Assembly (NCBI GenBank): GCA_963706955.1
Contig: CAVPOC010000003.1
Span: 448,001-512,000 of the forward strand
DNA from: an uncultured Verrucomicrobiae bacterium
GTDB lineage: Bacteria; Verrucomicrobiota; Verrucomicrobiia; Chthoniobacterales; Terrimicrobiaceae
Direction of reading: 5' to 3'
DNA: 64,000 nt
The translations under genes were made by a program, and so were the position numbers. Below are positions 1-9,894 of the stretch, piece after piece; the stretch's first letter is position 1; each line of letters opens with the position of its first letter. The notes under the pieces are model-generated. The model worked only from the letters and a program-made list of their open reading frames with translations. It was not told where the DNA came from and made no database searches.

Positions 1-828
1 AAGACAAGCGAGCCGAAGCTACGGCGTAACATTCGCAACATGGCCGTCGCAGGCACCAGCGCCGTGGCGGTGATTCTTACCAGCGCGCCGGTCACGACCC
101 CGTTAGCCAAATGGGTGCACCGCAGAAATTGCGGATTGGTCAAATGGTTGCGCCTGCCGTGCTGGCTCGAGGTGCCACTTGCTCTGATCCTGCTTGATTA
201 CTCACTTTACCTCTGGCACGTCGCATTCCACAAAATCCCGTTCTTATGGAGGTTCCATCAGGTGCATCATGTGGACCTCGATATGGATGCCTCTACGGCA
301 ATCCGGTTCCACTTCGGGGAAATGGCCATATCCACGGGACTGCAAACCTTTCAGATATTGACTATCGGCGTTTCGCCGCTCACGTTCTCGATTTGGAATA
401 CCTGGCTGATCTCGGAGGTGATCTTCCACCATTCAAATGTGGAGCTGCCATTCGCGTTGGAGCGATGGCTGTGCAAAATCATCGTGACCCCGCGGGTGCA
501 CGGGATCCATCACAGCCTTGTTCCCGAGGAATTGAACTCGAATTGGTCGAGCGGGCTGACACTTTGGGACCGCCTGCATGGGACCCTGCGGCTCGGCGTT
601 CCGCAGAACCATCTTACCCTCGGTTTGGCCGCTTATCCTGACCCTAGCGAAGTGACTTATCCCAAGCTCCTGGAAATGCCCTTCGACAAGCAGCGTTATC
701 CACCTTGGGTGCGCCCGGATAGCACGGTCCCCCATCGCGATAAGGAATGGATTCCCACGCCAACAGCCATTGTTCCGGAGCCGGTCGTGGATCTGCCTTC
801 CGATTCCCCGGCAACCCGGCGCTTCTAA
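1..828 (+). CDS. Sterol desaturase / fatty acid hydroxylase family membrane protein (5' end probably outside window)
   Basis: His boxes YLWHVAFH, RFHQVHH, IFHHSN, HGIHH; hydrophobic segments; frame is open from base 1, upstream of the ATG at 40. Confidence 0.88.
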   Translation, partial: KTSEPKLRRNIRNMAVAGTSAVAVILTSAPVTTPLAKWVHRRNCGLVKWLRLPCWLEVPLALILLDYSLYLWHVAFHKIPFLWRFHQVHHVDLDMDASTAIRFHFGEMAISTGLQTFQILTIGVSPLTFSIWNTWLISEVIFHHSNVELPFALERWLCKIIVTPRVHGIHHSLVPEELNSNWSSGLTLWDRLHGTLRLGVPQNHLTLGLAAYPDPSEVTYPKLLEMPFDKQRYPPWVRPDSTVPHRDKEWIPTPTAIVPEPVVDLPSDSPATRRF

Positions 829-997
829 GCCTCACATCGTTTGCGCCAATCACTGGCGCGGGTCACCTCCCCTAGGGGTTAGGTTACGCAGTTGACGATG
901 AATGCTCGATCGTGTGACTATCGTGCCGAACCCTCAAGATTACCAAGACGTTTTCGCGCTGCCGCGAAAAGCCGAGAACCGCTATTTCGTCCCTCCA

Positions 998-1720
998 ATG
1001 AGCCTAAATGGGAAAGTGTCAATTGTCACTGGCGCGAGTTCCGGCATCGGCCGCGCCACCGCCTTCGCTCTGGCAAACCAAGGCGTTAAGCAAGTCGTCA
1101 CCGCGCGATCGGCCGAGAAACTGGAGAAGTTGGCGAAGGAACTCCCGGGTGAATCGTTGGTTGTCCAGGCGGACATGACGAATCCCAAAGACATGGCCCC
1201 ACTGGTGCAACGTGCGGTCGAGCACTTTGGACGCTTGGATATCCTCATCGCCAACGCTGGGATTTACGTCGCCGGTGACGTTATTGCCGGCGATCCCGAT
1301 GCCTGGGATCGATTAATGCAAACGAATGTTTCAGGCCTATTTCGACTGGTGCATGCCGCCCTGCCACATTTGATCGAAAGCGGATCGGGAGACGTCGTGG
1401 TGACCAGTTCTATTTCCGGGCACCAAGCCATTCATTGGGAACCCGTTTACAGTGCCTCTAAACACGCCGTGCAAGCTTTCGTCCACGGACTCCGCCGCCA
1501 ACTTCTGCAGAGCGGCGTCCGGGTTGGGGCCGTGGCTCCGGGAATCGTGCTCAATGAACTTTGGGGGATCGCCGATCCGGCGGAAGCCGAACGTCGCGCG
1601 AATGCCGGCGAGGGCCTTCGCTCTGAAGACGTCGCCGAGGTCATCGTTTTCATGTTGACACGACCTCGAAATGTCACGATCCGCGACCTCGTCATGCTGC
1701 CGCGCACGCAGGACCTGTAA
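998..1720 (+). CDS. rbtD: Short-chain dehydrogenase, ribitol 2-dehydrogenase-like
   Basis: TGASSGIG and YSASK motifs; segments ANAGIYVAG..GDPDAWD, WEPVY.ASK.AVQAFVH and NVTIRDLVMLP resemble RbtD; ATG at 998 preferred over ORF start 902. Confidence 0.75.
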   Translation: MSLNGKVSIVTGASSGIGRATAFALANQGVKQVVTARSAEKLEKLAKELPGESLVVQADMTNPKDMAPLVQRAVEHFGRLDILIANAGIYVAGDVIAGDPDAWDRLMQTNVSGLFRLVHAALPHLIESGSGDVVVTSSISGHQAIHWEPVYSASKHAVQAFVHGLRRQLLQSGVRVGAVAPGIVLNELWGIADPAEAERRANAGEGLRSEDVAEVIVFMLTRPRNVTIRDLVMLPRTQDL

Positions 1721-1927
1721 CCCGGCGGACCGCTTGTCGGAGCGAGCCTCCGACTCATCTTTCTCAACGCTGAGAGACCTCGGAGAGGCTCCTTGACACC
1801 GCACCGCGCTTTCACTATCAGGGGCCGCAACGGGCGTGTATTAGCACCGCCCATCTCCACAGAAGACCCCGACGATGCTCGAGCCGAACCATGATGCGCT
1901 GGCCCATCTTGAAGTCGCACTCCTAAA

Positions 1928-2923
1928 ATGAACCAGACCGTTGCCGAAGACGCGCCGAAGACGCATCATTCTTTGCTCGCCCGGTTGCTAGCGGTCAGGG
2001 AGTTTGGAACTCTTGCCGCGTTGATCATCATGATTGTGATCATTGCGGCATTCATTCCGCAGTTTCGTCAGATCGAAAACCTGATTAACGTGACTCGGAA
2101 CTTTTCCTTTGTGGGGATCGTGGCCATGGGGATGACTTTAGTCATCTTGACCGGAGGCATCGACCTCTCGGTTGGCTCGGTCTGGGCGATGACCGCTGTT
2201 TTGGCGGCCTCATTGATGTCGAGCGGTTGGCCGATGGTCGCAGCACTTGCGGTGGCGCTTTTGGGAGCTGCGGCGGTGGGTCTTTTCAACGGGCTGTGCA
2301 TCACCCGGTTGAATATGTCGCCGTTCGTGCCGACACTCGCTTCGCTGGCCATCGCGCGCAGCCTCGCGCTGGTCATCACACGCGGGAGGCCGATTTCAAG
2401 TTTCGGACCGCAGCAGGATGCCTTTCTCTGGATCGGCGGGGGATCAGTCCTCGGAGTGCCCAATCCCGTGATCATCTTCGTCGTTGTCGCGGCAATTGTG
2501 TGGATTGTTCTGTCTCGGACGGTCTGGGGGCGTCGTGTTTATGCGGTCGGGGGCAACGAAAAAGCCGCCCGGTTGACCGGCTTAAACGTGAGCCGATTGA
2601 AGATTACCGTTTACGTTATCTCCTCGCTCTTAGCGGGATTGGCTGGAATCGTCCAAGCCAGTTACCTGTCCAGCGTCACGGCCAGCTTGGCCACCGGTCA
2701 GGAGCTGAGCGTGATCGCCGCAACGGTCATCGGAGGAGTCAACCTTGCCGGCGGTGAAGGAACCGTTTTCGGAGTGATTATCGGAACTGTCATGCTCGAG
2801 ATCTTACGGAATGGACTCCTCCTCTTTGGAATTGATCCCTACTGGCAGGGGGTGTTTGTCGGAGCGATCATCATTCTTGCCGTTTCGATTGACCGCTTTC
2901 GCCAGGCGAGCACAAAGGACTAG
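1928..2923 (+). CDS. Monosaccharide (CUT2) ABC transporter permease, RbsC-like
   Basis: GGIDLSVGS, GRRVYAVGGNEKAARLTG, IAATVIGG motifs; multiple TM helices. Confidence 0.93.
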   Translation: MNQTVAEDAPKTHHSLLARLLAVREFGTLAALIIMIVIIAAFIPQFRQIENLINVTRNFSFVGIVAMGMTLVILTGGIDLSVGSVWAMTAVLAASLMSSGWPMVAALAVALLGAAAVGLFNGLCITRLNMSPFVPTLASLAIARSLALVITRGRPISSFGPQQDAFLWIGGGSVLGVPNPVIIFVVVAAIVWIVLSRTVWGRRVYAVGGNEKAARLTGLNVSRLKITVYVISSLLAGLAGIVQASYLSSVTASLATGQELSVIAATVIGGVNLAGGEGTVFGVIIGTVMLEILRNGLLLFGIDPYWQGVFVGAIIILAVSIDRFRQASTKD

Positions 2924-2974
2924 GCCGGCTCCGATTTCGTTTCGAATAACAACAAGCATAATACCAACCACCCC

Positions 2975-3913
2975 ATGAAACCAAAAACATATTTATTAGC
3001 GCTGACCAGTTTGGCCGCTTTGCTTACCTCAGGCTACGCTGCCGATAAGCCCAAGACCTTCGCCTTGGTTCCTAAATCAATTAGTGTTCCCTTCTATGCT
3101 GACGTAGAGAAGGGATGCAAGGAAGAGGCCGAGAAGCTCGGCGTGAAGCTCGTCTACACCGGCCCGAACACTCCTGATGAGGCTGAGCAAGTGCAAATCC
3201 TTAGAGACGTGGTCGCCCGTGGAGTCAACGGCTTGGCCATCGCTCCGATGAACGCCGACTCGGTAGTTGGCGTCATTGCCGATGCCCGCAAGAAGGGGAT
3301 TCCGGTGATCACGTTTGATTCCGATTCACCAAAGTCTGAGCGCATGTGCTACGTCGGCACCGACAACTACGAGGCTGGAAAGGAAGCAGGCAAGGCCTTC
3401 AAGCAACGTTTGGCAAAGGGGAAGTATGCCGTGATAACCGGTGGACTGGCGGCGCAAAACCTCAACGACCGGATTAAAGGGTTCAAGGAAGTCGTCACCG
3501 GAGGCGATTACACCGAGGTTTCCGGTTCTCCGTTTCCGTGCGACGACGACGCCGCCCGGGGAGTTCAGATCATTCAAGATATCCTGACGCGCTATCCGGA
3601 TCTGGATGGAATTTTCCTCTCGGGAGGATGGCCTTTGTTTGGAGCGCCGGAAGCCTATATGAAAGCGATTGGAAAACGGGCTGCCGACATCAAGACAAAT
3701 AAGTTTGTCGTGGTCAGCTTCGACACTTTGCCTGAAGAGCTCAAACTCCTTAAGAATGGTTACTGCAGCGCCCTGATCGGGCAGCGGCCCTACGCCATGG
3801 GTGCAAAGAGCATGGAGGTGCTTAATGAGCTCAGTGAGGGCAAGAAGGTCGAAAATATTAACACGGGGGTCGATGTCGTTGATTCAAGCAACGTCGATCA
3901 ATTTATCAAATAG
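2975..3913 (+). CDS. Sugar ABC transporter periplasmic binding protein (RbsB/LacI-like fold)
   Basis: Signal peptide; GIPVITFDSD, YVGTDNYEAG, QRPYAMG motifs. Confidence 0.92.
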   Translation: MKPKTYLLALTSLAALLTSGYAADKPKTFALVPKSISVPFYADVEKGCKEEAEKLGVKLVYTGPNTPDEAEQVQILRDVVARGVNGLAIAPMNADSVVGVIADARKKGIPVITFDSDSPKSERMCYVGTDNYEAGKEAGKAFKQRLAKGKYAVITGGLAAQNLNDRIKGFKEVVTGGDYTEVSGSPFPCDDDAARGVQIIQDILTRYPDLDGIFLSGGWPLFGAPEAYMKAIGKRAADIKTNKFVVVSFDTLPEELKLLKNGYCSALIGQRPYAMGAKSMEVLNELSEGKKVENINTGVDVVDSSNVDQFIK

Positions 3914-3951
3914 CGGAACGCCGCGGGGCCAAGCGCGCGCCTGAATGATCG

Positions 3952-5460
3952 ATGGCTGCGATCCTGAAAATTAAAGGAATCAGCAAGACCTATCCGGGCG
4001 TCCGCGCGCTCCAGGATGTCAGTTTCGAAGTAGAGCGGGGCACGATTCACGCCATCATGGGGGAAAATGGCGCCGGCAAGAGTACCTTCATGCAGATCAT
4101 CGCGGGCGCCCAGCGCCCGAGTGCCGGCACGATCGAATTCGATGGGCGCGAAGTCCACTTCTCGAGCCCTGCCGATGCACAGGCCGTGGGCATCGCCATC
4201 GTCTACCAGGAACTGAACCTTTCTCCGAACCTGTCGGTGGCGGAAAATGTGTTCTTAGGCTCGGAACCAAGGGTCGGCGGCGCCTTCGTCGACCGCAAGA
4301 CGCAACGGGCCAAGACAACGCAGATTCTTGACCGCTTAGGGATTCATTTCAACCCGGACACGATCGTTGGTCGTTTGACGGTCGGACAACAACAGCTTGT
4401 TGAGATTTGCAAAAGTTTGGTTCGAGAGCCGCGCCTGCTCATCTTCGACGAACCAACGTCAAGTCTTTCCGAAGCCGACGCGGAGATTCTCTTTCGGGTG
4501 ATCCACGATCTGAAGGCTCACGGAGTCACCATGCTTTACATCTCGCATCGGTTTCCGGAGGTCTTCGCGAATTGCGACGCGTTGACCGTATTGCGCGACG
4601 GCAAACACGTGAAGACTCTCTCCATGAGTTCGACGCGAGAATCTGAGGTTGTCAGCTTGATGGTCGGCCGAGAGTTGCTCGCATTTCATCGTAAGGAAGT
4701 CACACCTAGTGATGAAGTAATGTTTGAGGTCCGCGGTTTGACCAAGCGTCATCAGTACAGCGATGTGAGTTTCAAAATTCACAAGGGAGAAATCGTCGCG
4801 ATGGCCGGCTTGGTCGGGGCCGGACGAAGCGAAGTGGCCCTTGGAGTGTTTGGCTGCCCCCCGCCGGACTCTGGAGAGGTTCTCGTTCAGAATAAGCGGA
4901 TCCAGATCAAGCGCGCTCAGGATGCGATGCGAGCCGGGATCGCTCTCGCACCGGAGGATCGAAAGTCCACCGGTCTGGTGCTCGGGGCCAGCGTGGGCAC
5001 GAATGTTTCCATGGCTGTGCTCCCAAGGCTGGCACGGGCGCAGTTTATCGATCAGAAAGCGGAGCGCAATCTCATCCAGCGTTTTGTGAAGCGGCTGAAC
5101 ATCCGAACGCCCAGTCAAGAGCAGAGGGTTGGTCTTTTGAGCGGCGGCAACCAGCAAAAGGTCATGATTGCCAAATGGCTCGCGGCGCAACCGAAATGTC
5201 TCATTGTCGATGAACCCACCCGCGGAGTTGATGTGGGCACAAAGGCGGAAATCTACGCTCTCTTCGATGAACTTGCTCATGCCGGAGTGCCAATTCTAAT
5301 GATTTCAAGCGACTTGCCCGAAGTGCTGGCTCTCGCAGATCGGATCATCGTTATGCGCCATGGACAGATTGCGGGGGAATTGACCCGAGCCGAAGCCAGC
5401 GAGGAAAAGATAATGCACCTGGCAGCGCTTGGCAGCGAAGCCGACGAGCTTCCCCGGTAG
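3952..5460 (+). CDS. CUT2 sugar ABC transporter ATP-binding protein (two ABC domains)
   Basis: GENGAGKST, DEPTSSL, LSGGNQQK, DEPTRGVDVG. Confidence 0.95.
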   Translation: MAAILKIKGISKTYPGVRALQDVSFEVERGTIHAIMGENGAGKSTFMQIIAGAQRPSAGTIEFDGREVHFSSPADAQAVGIAIVYQELNLSPNLSVAENVFLGSEPRVGGAFVDRKTQRAKTTQILDRLGIHFNPDTIVGRLTVGQQQLVEICKSLVREPRLLIFDEPTSSLSEADAEILFRVIHDLKAHGVTMLYISHRFPEVFANCDALTVLRDGKHVKTLSMSSTRESEVVSLMVGRELLAFHRKEVTPSDEVMFEVRGLTKRHQYSDVSFKIHKGEIVAMAGLVGAGRSEVALGVFGCPPPDSGEVLVQNKRIQIKRAQDAMRAGIALAPEDRKSTGLVLGASVGTNVSMAVLPRLARAQFIDQKAERNLIQRFVKRLNIRTPSQEQRVGLLSGGNQQKVMIAKWLAAQPKCLIVDEPTRGVDVGTKAEIYALFDELAHAGVPILMISSDLPEVLALADRIIVMRHGQIAGELTRAEASEEKIMHLAALGSEADELPR

Positions 5461-5537
5461 ACTCGTCCCCCCGTCTCCCAAGGACCTATTGATCCGCCGA
5501 GGTTAAGCGTGACGACGCGGAGCCGCCATGGCAGCGC

Positions 5538-6530
5538 TCATTTTGCCGCTGGGGTGGGCGTGGTCGGCGCTGGCGCGCGGGCGAGCATTTGCTGCTTTTG
5601 GCGGCGCTTACCGGAGATCGAGTCGACCAGCACGCCAAGGAAAATCACCGCGCCCATGACCGCAAAGTTCAATGAACTTGGAATACCGAGCAGGTTGACC
5701 AGGTTCTGCAACACCTGCAGCAGGGCTGTGCCGATGATTATTCCGAGGATTGAACCTTCGCCTCCCCGCAGACTGCAGCCCCCGAGCACCGCCGCAGCGA
5801 TAGCGTAAAGTTCGTAGGTGGCGCCGTGGTTTGCGGGCGAGATCGAGTTGGTGTAGAAAGCGATGAGAATACCAGCAATAGCGACCAGCAGCATCTCGAC
5901 GATATAGGCGCTCATGATGATCAGGCGGCTGTTGATTCCGGAGTAACGGGCGGCGTCCTCATTTCGCCCGACCGCATAGAGGTAGCGGCCAAACACCGAA
6001 TGATGAAGAAGGACATAAGTGATGATCCCCACGATGATCAGCAGCACGAAGGGCATCGGCACCGGCCCAATACTGCCGGTCGCCAGATTGCGCAGCACCT
6101 CAAAGCCGGAGCTGCCGAACCCTTTGGTCTCATCATTAGCGATAAAACGTGCCAGGCCGCGATAAAAGAGCAGGCCACAGAGGGTCACGATGAAAGGCTG
6201 CATCCGGACATACCCGATAAACCAGCCGTGAGTGGCTCCCAGCAGCATGACGCCGACGACGACCAGTAAGACCGCCAGCGGCCACGCCAAGTTCCATTCG
6301 CGCAACATGATGGCCAAGATCACGCCCTGCAATGCAAACACCGATCCCAACGACAGATCGATGCCGGCGGTGATGATCACCAGGCCCACGCCGATACTGA
6401 AGATGCCGTACATGCCGATCAGCCGCGCCATATTGGTGAGGTTCGAGGCGCCTAAAAAGCGTGGGTTCAACACCGCTACGATTATGCAAAGGACAACGAG
6501 GAGAACGGTGATGCCGAGTTCCTTCTTCAT
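5538..6530 (-). CDS. Monosaccharide (CUT2) ABC transporter permease
   Basis: AGIDLSLGS, GRYLYAVGRNEDAARYSG, YELYAIAAAVLGGCSL. Confidence 0.93.
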   Translation of the reverse strand: MKKELGITVLLVVLCIIVAVLNPRFLGASNLTNMARLIGMYGIFSIGVGLVIITAGIDLSLGSVFALQGVILAIMLREWNLAWPLAVLLVVVGVMLLGATHGWFIGYVRMQPFIVTLCGLLFYRGLARFIANDETKGFGSSGFEVLRNLATGSIGPVPMPFVLLIIVGIITYVLLHHSVFGRYLYAVGRNEDAARYSGINSRLIIMSAYIVEMLLVAIAGILIAFYTNSISPANHGATYELYAIAAAVLGGCSLRGGEGSILGIIIGTALLQVLQNLVNLLGIPSSLNFAVMGAVIFLGVLVDSISGKRRQKQQMLARAPAPTTPTPAAK

Positions 6531-6570
6531 ATAGGATGGGTCACGAAAAGGGTTGCAAAACGCTAAGCAC

Positions 6571-8091
6571 TTAAGGGTCTTTGCGGCCGGTCGCGAGGCT
6601 CATGATTGCCTTCTCGGAAAACCGTTCGCGCACGAGAAAGCCGGTGATATCGCCCTCGTGCATGACGGCAATGCGATCGCTCACCCCGAGCACTTCTTCC
6701 ATGTCACTGCTGATCATGATGACGATCACTCCCCGATCGGCCAGTGCGCGCATGAGTCGATAAATCTCTGCCTTGGCTCCGACGTCGATGCCGCGGGTAG
6801 GTTCGTCAAAAATGATCACCTTCGGCTCCAGCGAGAGCCATTTGCCCAAAACCACCTTTTGTTGATTACCGCCGCTCAGGTTCATCGCCCGGGTCTCGAT
6901 TGACGGCGTTTTGACGCGCAAGGCCGCGACTTCCCGTTTGGAGACCTCTTCCTCGCGTGCGGAGCTGATCAGCATTCCGCGCGAGTAGCGCTTCAAGCCT
7001 GGCAAGGTGATATTTTCCCGAACTGTCATGCCGGTGATCAGTCCTGTGTGGCGCCGGTCTTCAGGCACCAGATAAATGCCCGCATTAATCGCCTCCCGCG
7101 CATTGCGGATTTTGACCTCTCGGCGCCCCAGCCGGACGGTGCCTTCTAACGGTGGTTCGACGCCAAAAATAGCCTGGGCCATCTCCGAGCGGCCTGCGCC
7201 TACCAACCCGGCAAACCCCAGAATCTCGCCTTTGGCAACTTCGAAGCTGACGCGATGATGGGGCCGATAAGAGGTGCGCAGCCCTTCGACCTGAAAAAAG
7301 CCCGCTTCCTGCACACCCCTTCCCTTGACAAAGTGGTCTTCCAGCTTTCTCCCGACCATTAGCGCGACCATGTTTTCGTGTCGGATCTGGCCATGCGCGA
7401 GTTCGCCGGCGTTGCGCCCGTCCCGCAGGACCACGGCGCGGTCGGCGATCTGCTCGACCTCGCCGAGCCGATGCGAGATATAGATCACGCTTACCCCTGA
7501 CGCGCGGAGCTCTCTGATAGTCGCCAGAAGCCGATCGGTTTCCGCCATGGTCAGCGAGCTGGTCGGCTCGTCCATAATGATCACACGCGCGTTCTGCGAG
7601 AGAGCCTTGGCGATCTCGACCATTTGCTGCTGAGCGATCGAGAGTTCACTCAACAGCTTTTTCGGCGAGATGAGCAGGCCAAGGCGCTTGAGGTACGCTT
7701 CGCTGTCCGCCCACATCTTGCGCTGATTGACCAACCGCAAAGGTCCGCCTACCAGCGGTTCGCGGCCCATGAAGATGTTGGCGGCCACATCGAGGTTGTC
7801 CAGAACGTTAAGTTCCTGGTGGACAAAGCCGATGCCCAGGGCGATGGCGTCCGCTACGCTGGCAATAGAGACCTTTTTTCCGTCAAAGAAGATCTCCCCC
7901 TCGTCCGGCTGGTGGACGCCGCCGAGGGTCTTCATCAACGTAGACTTGCCGGCGCCGTTCTCGCCGATCAAGGCCACCACCTCGGCTTGGCCGACCGAGA
8001 AACTTACGTCGCTTAACGCGAGAACGCCGGGAAAACGCTTGGTGATCCCCTTAAGTTCGAGCAGCGGGGCTGTGTTGCCAGCGCTCAGCAT
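6571..8091 (-). CDS. CUT2 sugar ABC transporter ATP-binding protein
   Basis: GENGAGKST, LSGGNQQKVVLGKW, DEPTRGIDVGAK. Confidence 0.95.
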   Translation of the reverse strand: MLSAGNTAPLLELKGITKRFPGVLALSDVSFSVGQAEVVALIGENGAGKSTLMKTLGGVHQPDEGEIFFDGKKVSIASVADAIALGIGFVHQELNVLDNLDVAANIFMGREPLVGGPLRLVNQRKMWADSEAYLKRLGLLISPKKLLSELSIAQQQMVEIAKALSQNARVIIMDEPTSSLTMAETDRLLATIRELRASGVSVIYISHRLGEVEQIADRAVVLRDGRNAGELAHGQIRHENMVALMVGRKLEDHFVKGRGVQEAGFFQVEGLRTSYRPHHRVSFEVAKGEILGFAGLVGAGRSEMAQAIFGVEPPLEGTVRLGRREVKIRNAREAINAGIYLVPEDRRHTGLITGMTVRENITLPGLKRYSRGMLISSAREEEVSKREVAALRVKTPSIETRAMNLSGGNQQKVVLGKWLSLEPKVIIFDEPTRGIDVGAKAEIYRLMRALADRGVIVIMISSDMEEVLGVSDRIAVMHEGDITGFLVRERFSEKAIMSLATGRKDP

Positions 8092-8141
8092 AAGGGCTCA
8101 CTCTGACAGACTCGGAGGCCGCTGATGGAGGGATCCGCTAC

Positions 8142-9107
8142 TTATTTACCGCGCAGCTTCTTCAGATTTGCGGCGAACTCATCCACTTTGTCTTTGGTAA
8201 TCGCGAGCGTCGGAACAATGACTAGATTGTTCGCCGGAACCACCGATTTATCTCCATTCAGGTACTTGTTCATCAGCTTGATAGCCTGATAGCCGAACTC
8301 ATACGGCTGCTGGACCACGGTGGCGACGATCGACCCATCCTTAACTCCGGCCAAGGTCTCTTCTTCCTCGTCAAAAGTGATGATTTTGACTTTCCCTATT
8401 TTGTTGGAGTCTTTCGTCGCGTTGAGGATTGCCGGACCATTGTAGCTCCACAATCCGACCAGAGCGGAGATGTCGGGGTATTTCACCAGTGTGTCGAGCA
8501 CGTTGGCCTTGGCACGCACGCGATCTGTGTCATCGGTGCGAGTGTCAATGATCTCGACTTTGGAGCCCTTGAGCACTTCCTTGATACCGCTGAGCCTTTC
8601 GCGGGCATTCTGGGCATCGAGAGTGCCGACGAAGATCATGATTTTACCGCCATCGGGCAGCGCTTGTTTGATCAATTCGCCCGCCTGCCGCCCTGCCGCG
8701 ACATTGTCGGTTCCCACATAGCAAACCCGATTGCTCTCCGGCGCGTCGCTGTCATGGGTAAAGAGCAGAGCCTGCTTAGCCACTTCGTTGAGCTTGATTG
8801 TCTGATTCTTCGGGTCGACGGGGCTGATGGCGATCCCGTCAATGCCCGCCGAGAGGAGGTCATCGAGAATGCGCGTTTGGGTAGCAGCCGTGCCGTCCTC
8901 AGGAATTTTAAATTCCACTGTCACATTCTTCAGTTCCTCGGAAGCTTTTTTGGTTCCCGCCCGGGCGATAGTCCAAAAGTCTGAGGCATTATTGGTGACA
9001 AAGGCCAGTTTTAGCTTCTTGTCCGCAGCTTGGGCATTTTCGCTCAGACCGAATGCGGCAAGAAGGCAGAGGGTTAAGAGAAACCAGCGAACGAGGGGAT
9101 ACTTCAT
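8142..9107 (-). CDS. Sugar ABC transporter periplasmic binding protein
   Basis: Signal peptide ending AQA; DSDAPES.R..YVGTDN, QQPYEFGY; start is either 9107 or 9122. Confidence 0.92.
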   Translation of the reverse strand: MKYPLVRWFLLTLCLLAAFGLSENAQAADKKLKLAFVTNNASDFWTIARAGTKKASEELKNVTVEFKIPEDGTAATQTRILDDLLSAGIDGIAISPVDPKNQTIKLNEVAKQALLFTHDSDAPESNRVCYVGTDNVAAGRQAGELIKQALPDGGKIMIFVGTLDAQNARERLSGIKEVLKGSKVEIIDTRTDDTDRVRAKANVLDTLVKYPDISALVGLWSYNGPAILNATKDSNKIGKVKIITFDEEEETLAGVKDGSIVATVVQQPYEFGYQAIKLMNKYLNGDKSVVPANNLVIVPTLAITKDKVDEFAANLKKLRGK

Positions 9108-9380
9108 AAGGGGGGGGTTCATAGTTAGTCCCTATAGATCAGACTGCGCACAACGTAAAGGGCAAACCAGGGAGTTTGGGGTGCTTTACAGGTAGTGCAG
9201 ACAAGATCAGCTCCTTAGAATACTCTCCGCAACTGCTGGCGCCCGCTCGCTTGTTGATGGATGCCGTCGGCGGCTCGACGGGTGTTCCTCAGGCGAGATA
9301 AGATCCTCTCTCTGGCTCAATAAGCTATACAAGTAGTTGTGTCCTCCGAAGCGTGGCGACCCAAGTGCGCGTGCTCATTT

Positions 9381-9408
9381 CGCCTTCGACCACCCGCCTT
9401 CGACCACC
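9381..9408. repeat. Tandem 14-bp direct repeat (CGCCTTCGACCACC x2)
   Basis: Read directly from the sequence. Confidence 0.85.
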
Positions 9409-9470
9409 CTTCGCAAAGCGCTATCCGTAGCGAGAAGTCTTCGAGCTTCGCGCCAGGCGGCAAACGCCCC

Positions 9471-9681
9471 CTAGGAGACTGTTGAAAAACTCACGTATGC
9501 CACGTTGCTGCCAATTTTCGGAAGATCGCAAGGAGCCAAGCGCAGGCTTGATGGGGTTGCGGGGTCCCCATCTCCCCGCAAGCCGCAGTGCTACGGACAA
9601 GCTTGGCGACACCGCGAGGGCCGAAAATTAGCGCAACCCGGAGGGCGCGAGACAGGCGTGAGTTCTTCAACAGTCTCCTAG
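9471..9681. mobile_element. Non-autonomous miniature inverted-repeat element (MITE), ~203 bp plus flanking CTAG
   Basis: TIRs GAGACTGTTGAAAAACTCACG (9475-9495) and CGTGAGTTCTTCAACAGTCTC (9657-9677), one mismatch; CTAG on both sides (9471-9474, 9678-9681); no transposase ORF inside. Confidence 0.8.
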
Positions 9682-9894
9682 GTGAATATGATCACTTTTT
9701 GGGACCTCTTGGTGAGTTAATCTCTGAAAATCTGTGTTAATCTGTGGACCTCTCGCATTAGCGATGCGTCGGCGGGGACGTGTGTGCGAGCGGTGCGCCG
9801 GGCGCGGCGAACCTCTCAACCATAAACTGGCCCGCCGGGCCGCACGCCGCTCTGGCGGGATGGGAAATGCGCGCTAGATTTTGTGCTAAATCTC

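Noticed and set aside
9110..9117. G8 tract at the SBP start as a phase-variation switch
   Set aside because: The downstream in-frame ATG (9107) fits the C-rich leader pattern, which would put the tract outside the CDS; 8 nt is short.
9719..9747. AATCT(C/G)TG x3 short repeat as a regulator binding site
   Set aside because: Real but short and single in the window; cannot distinguish an operator from a degenerate dispersed repeat.
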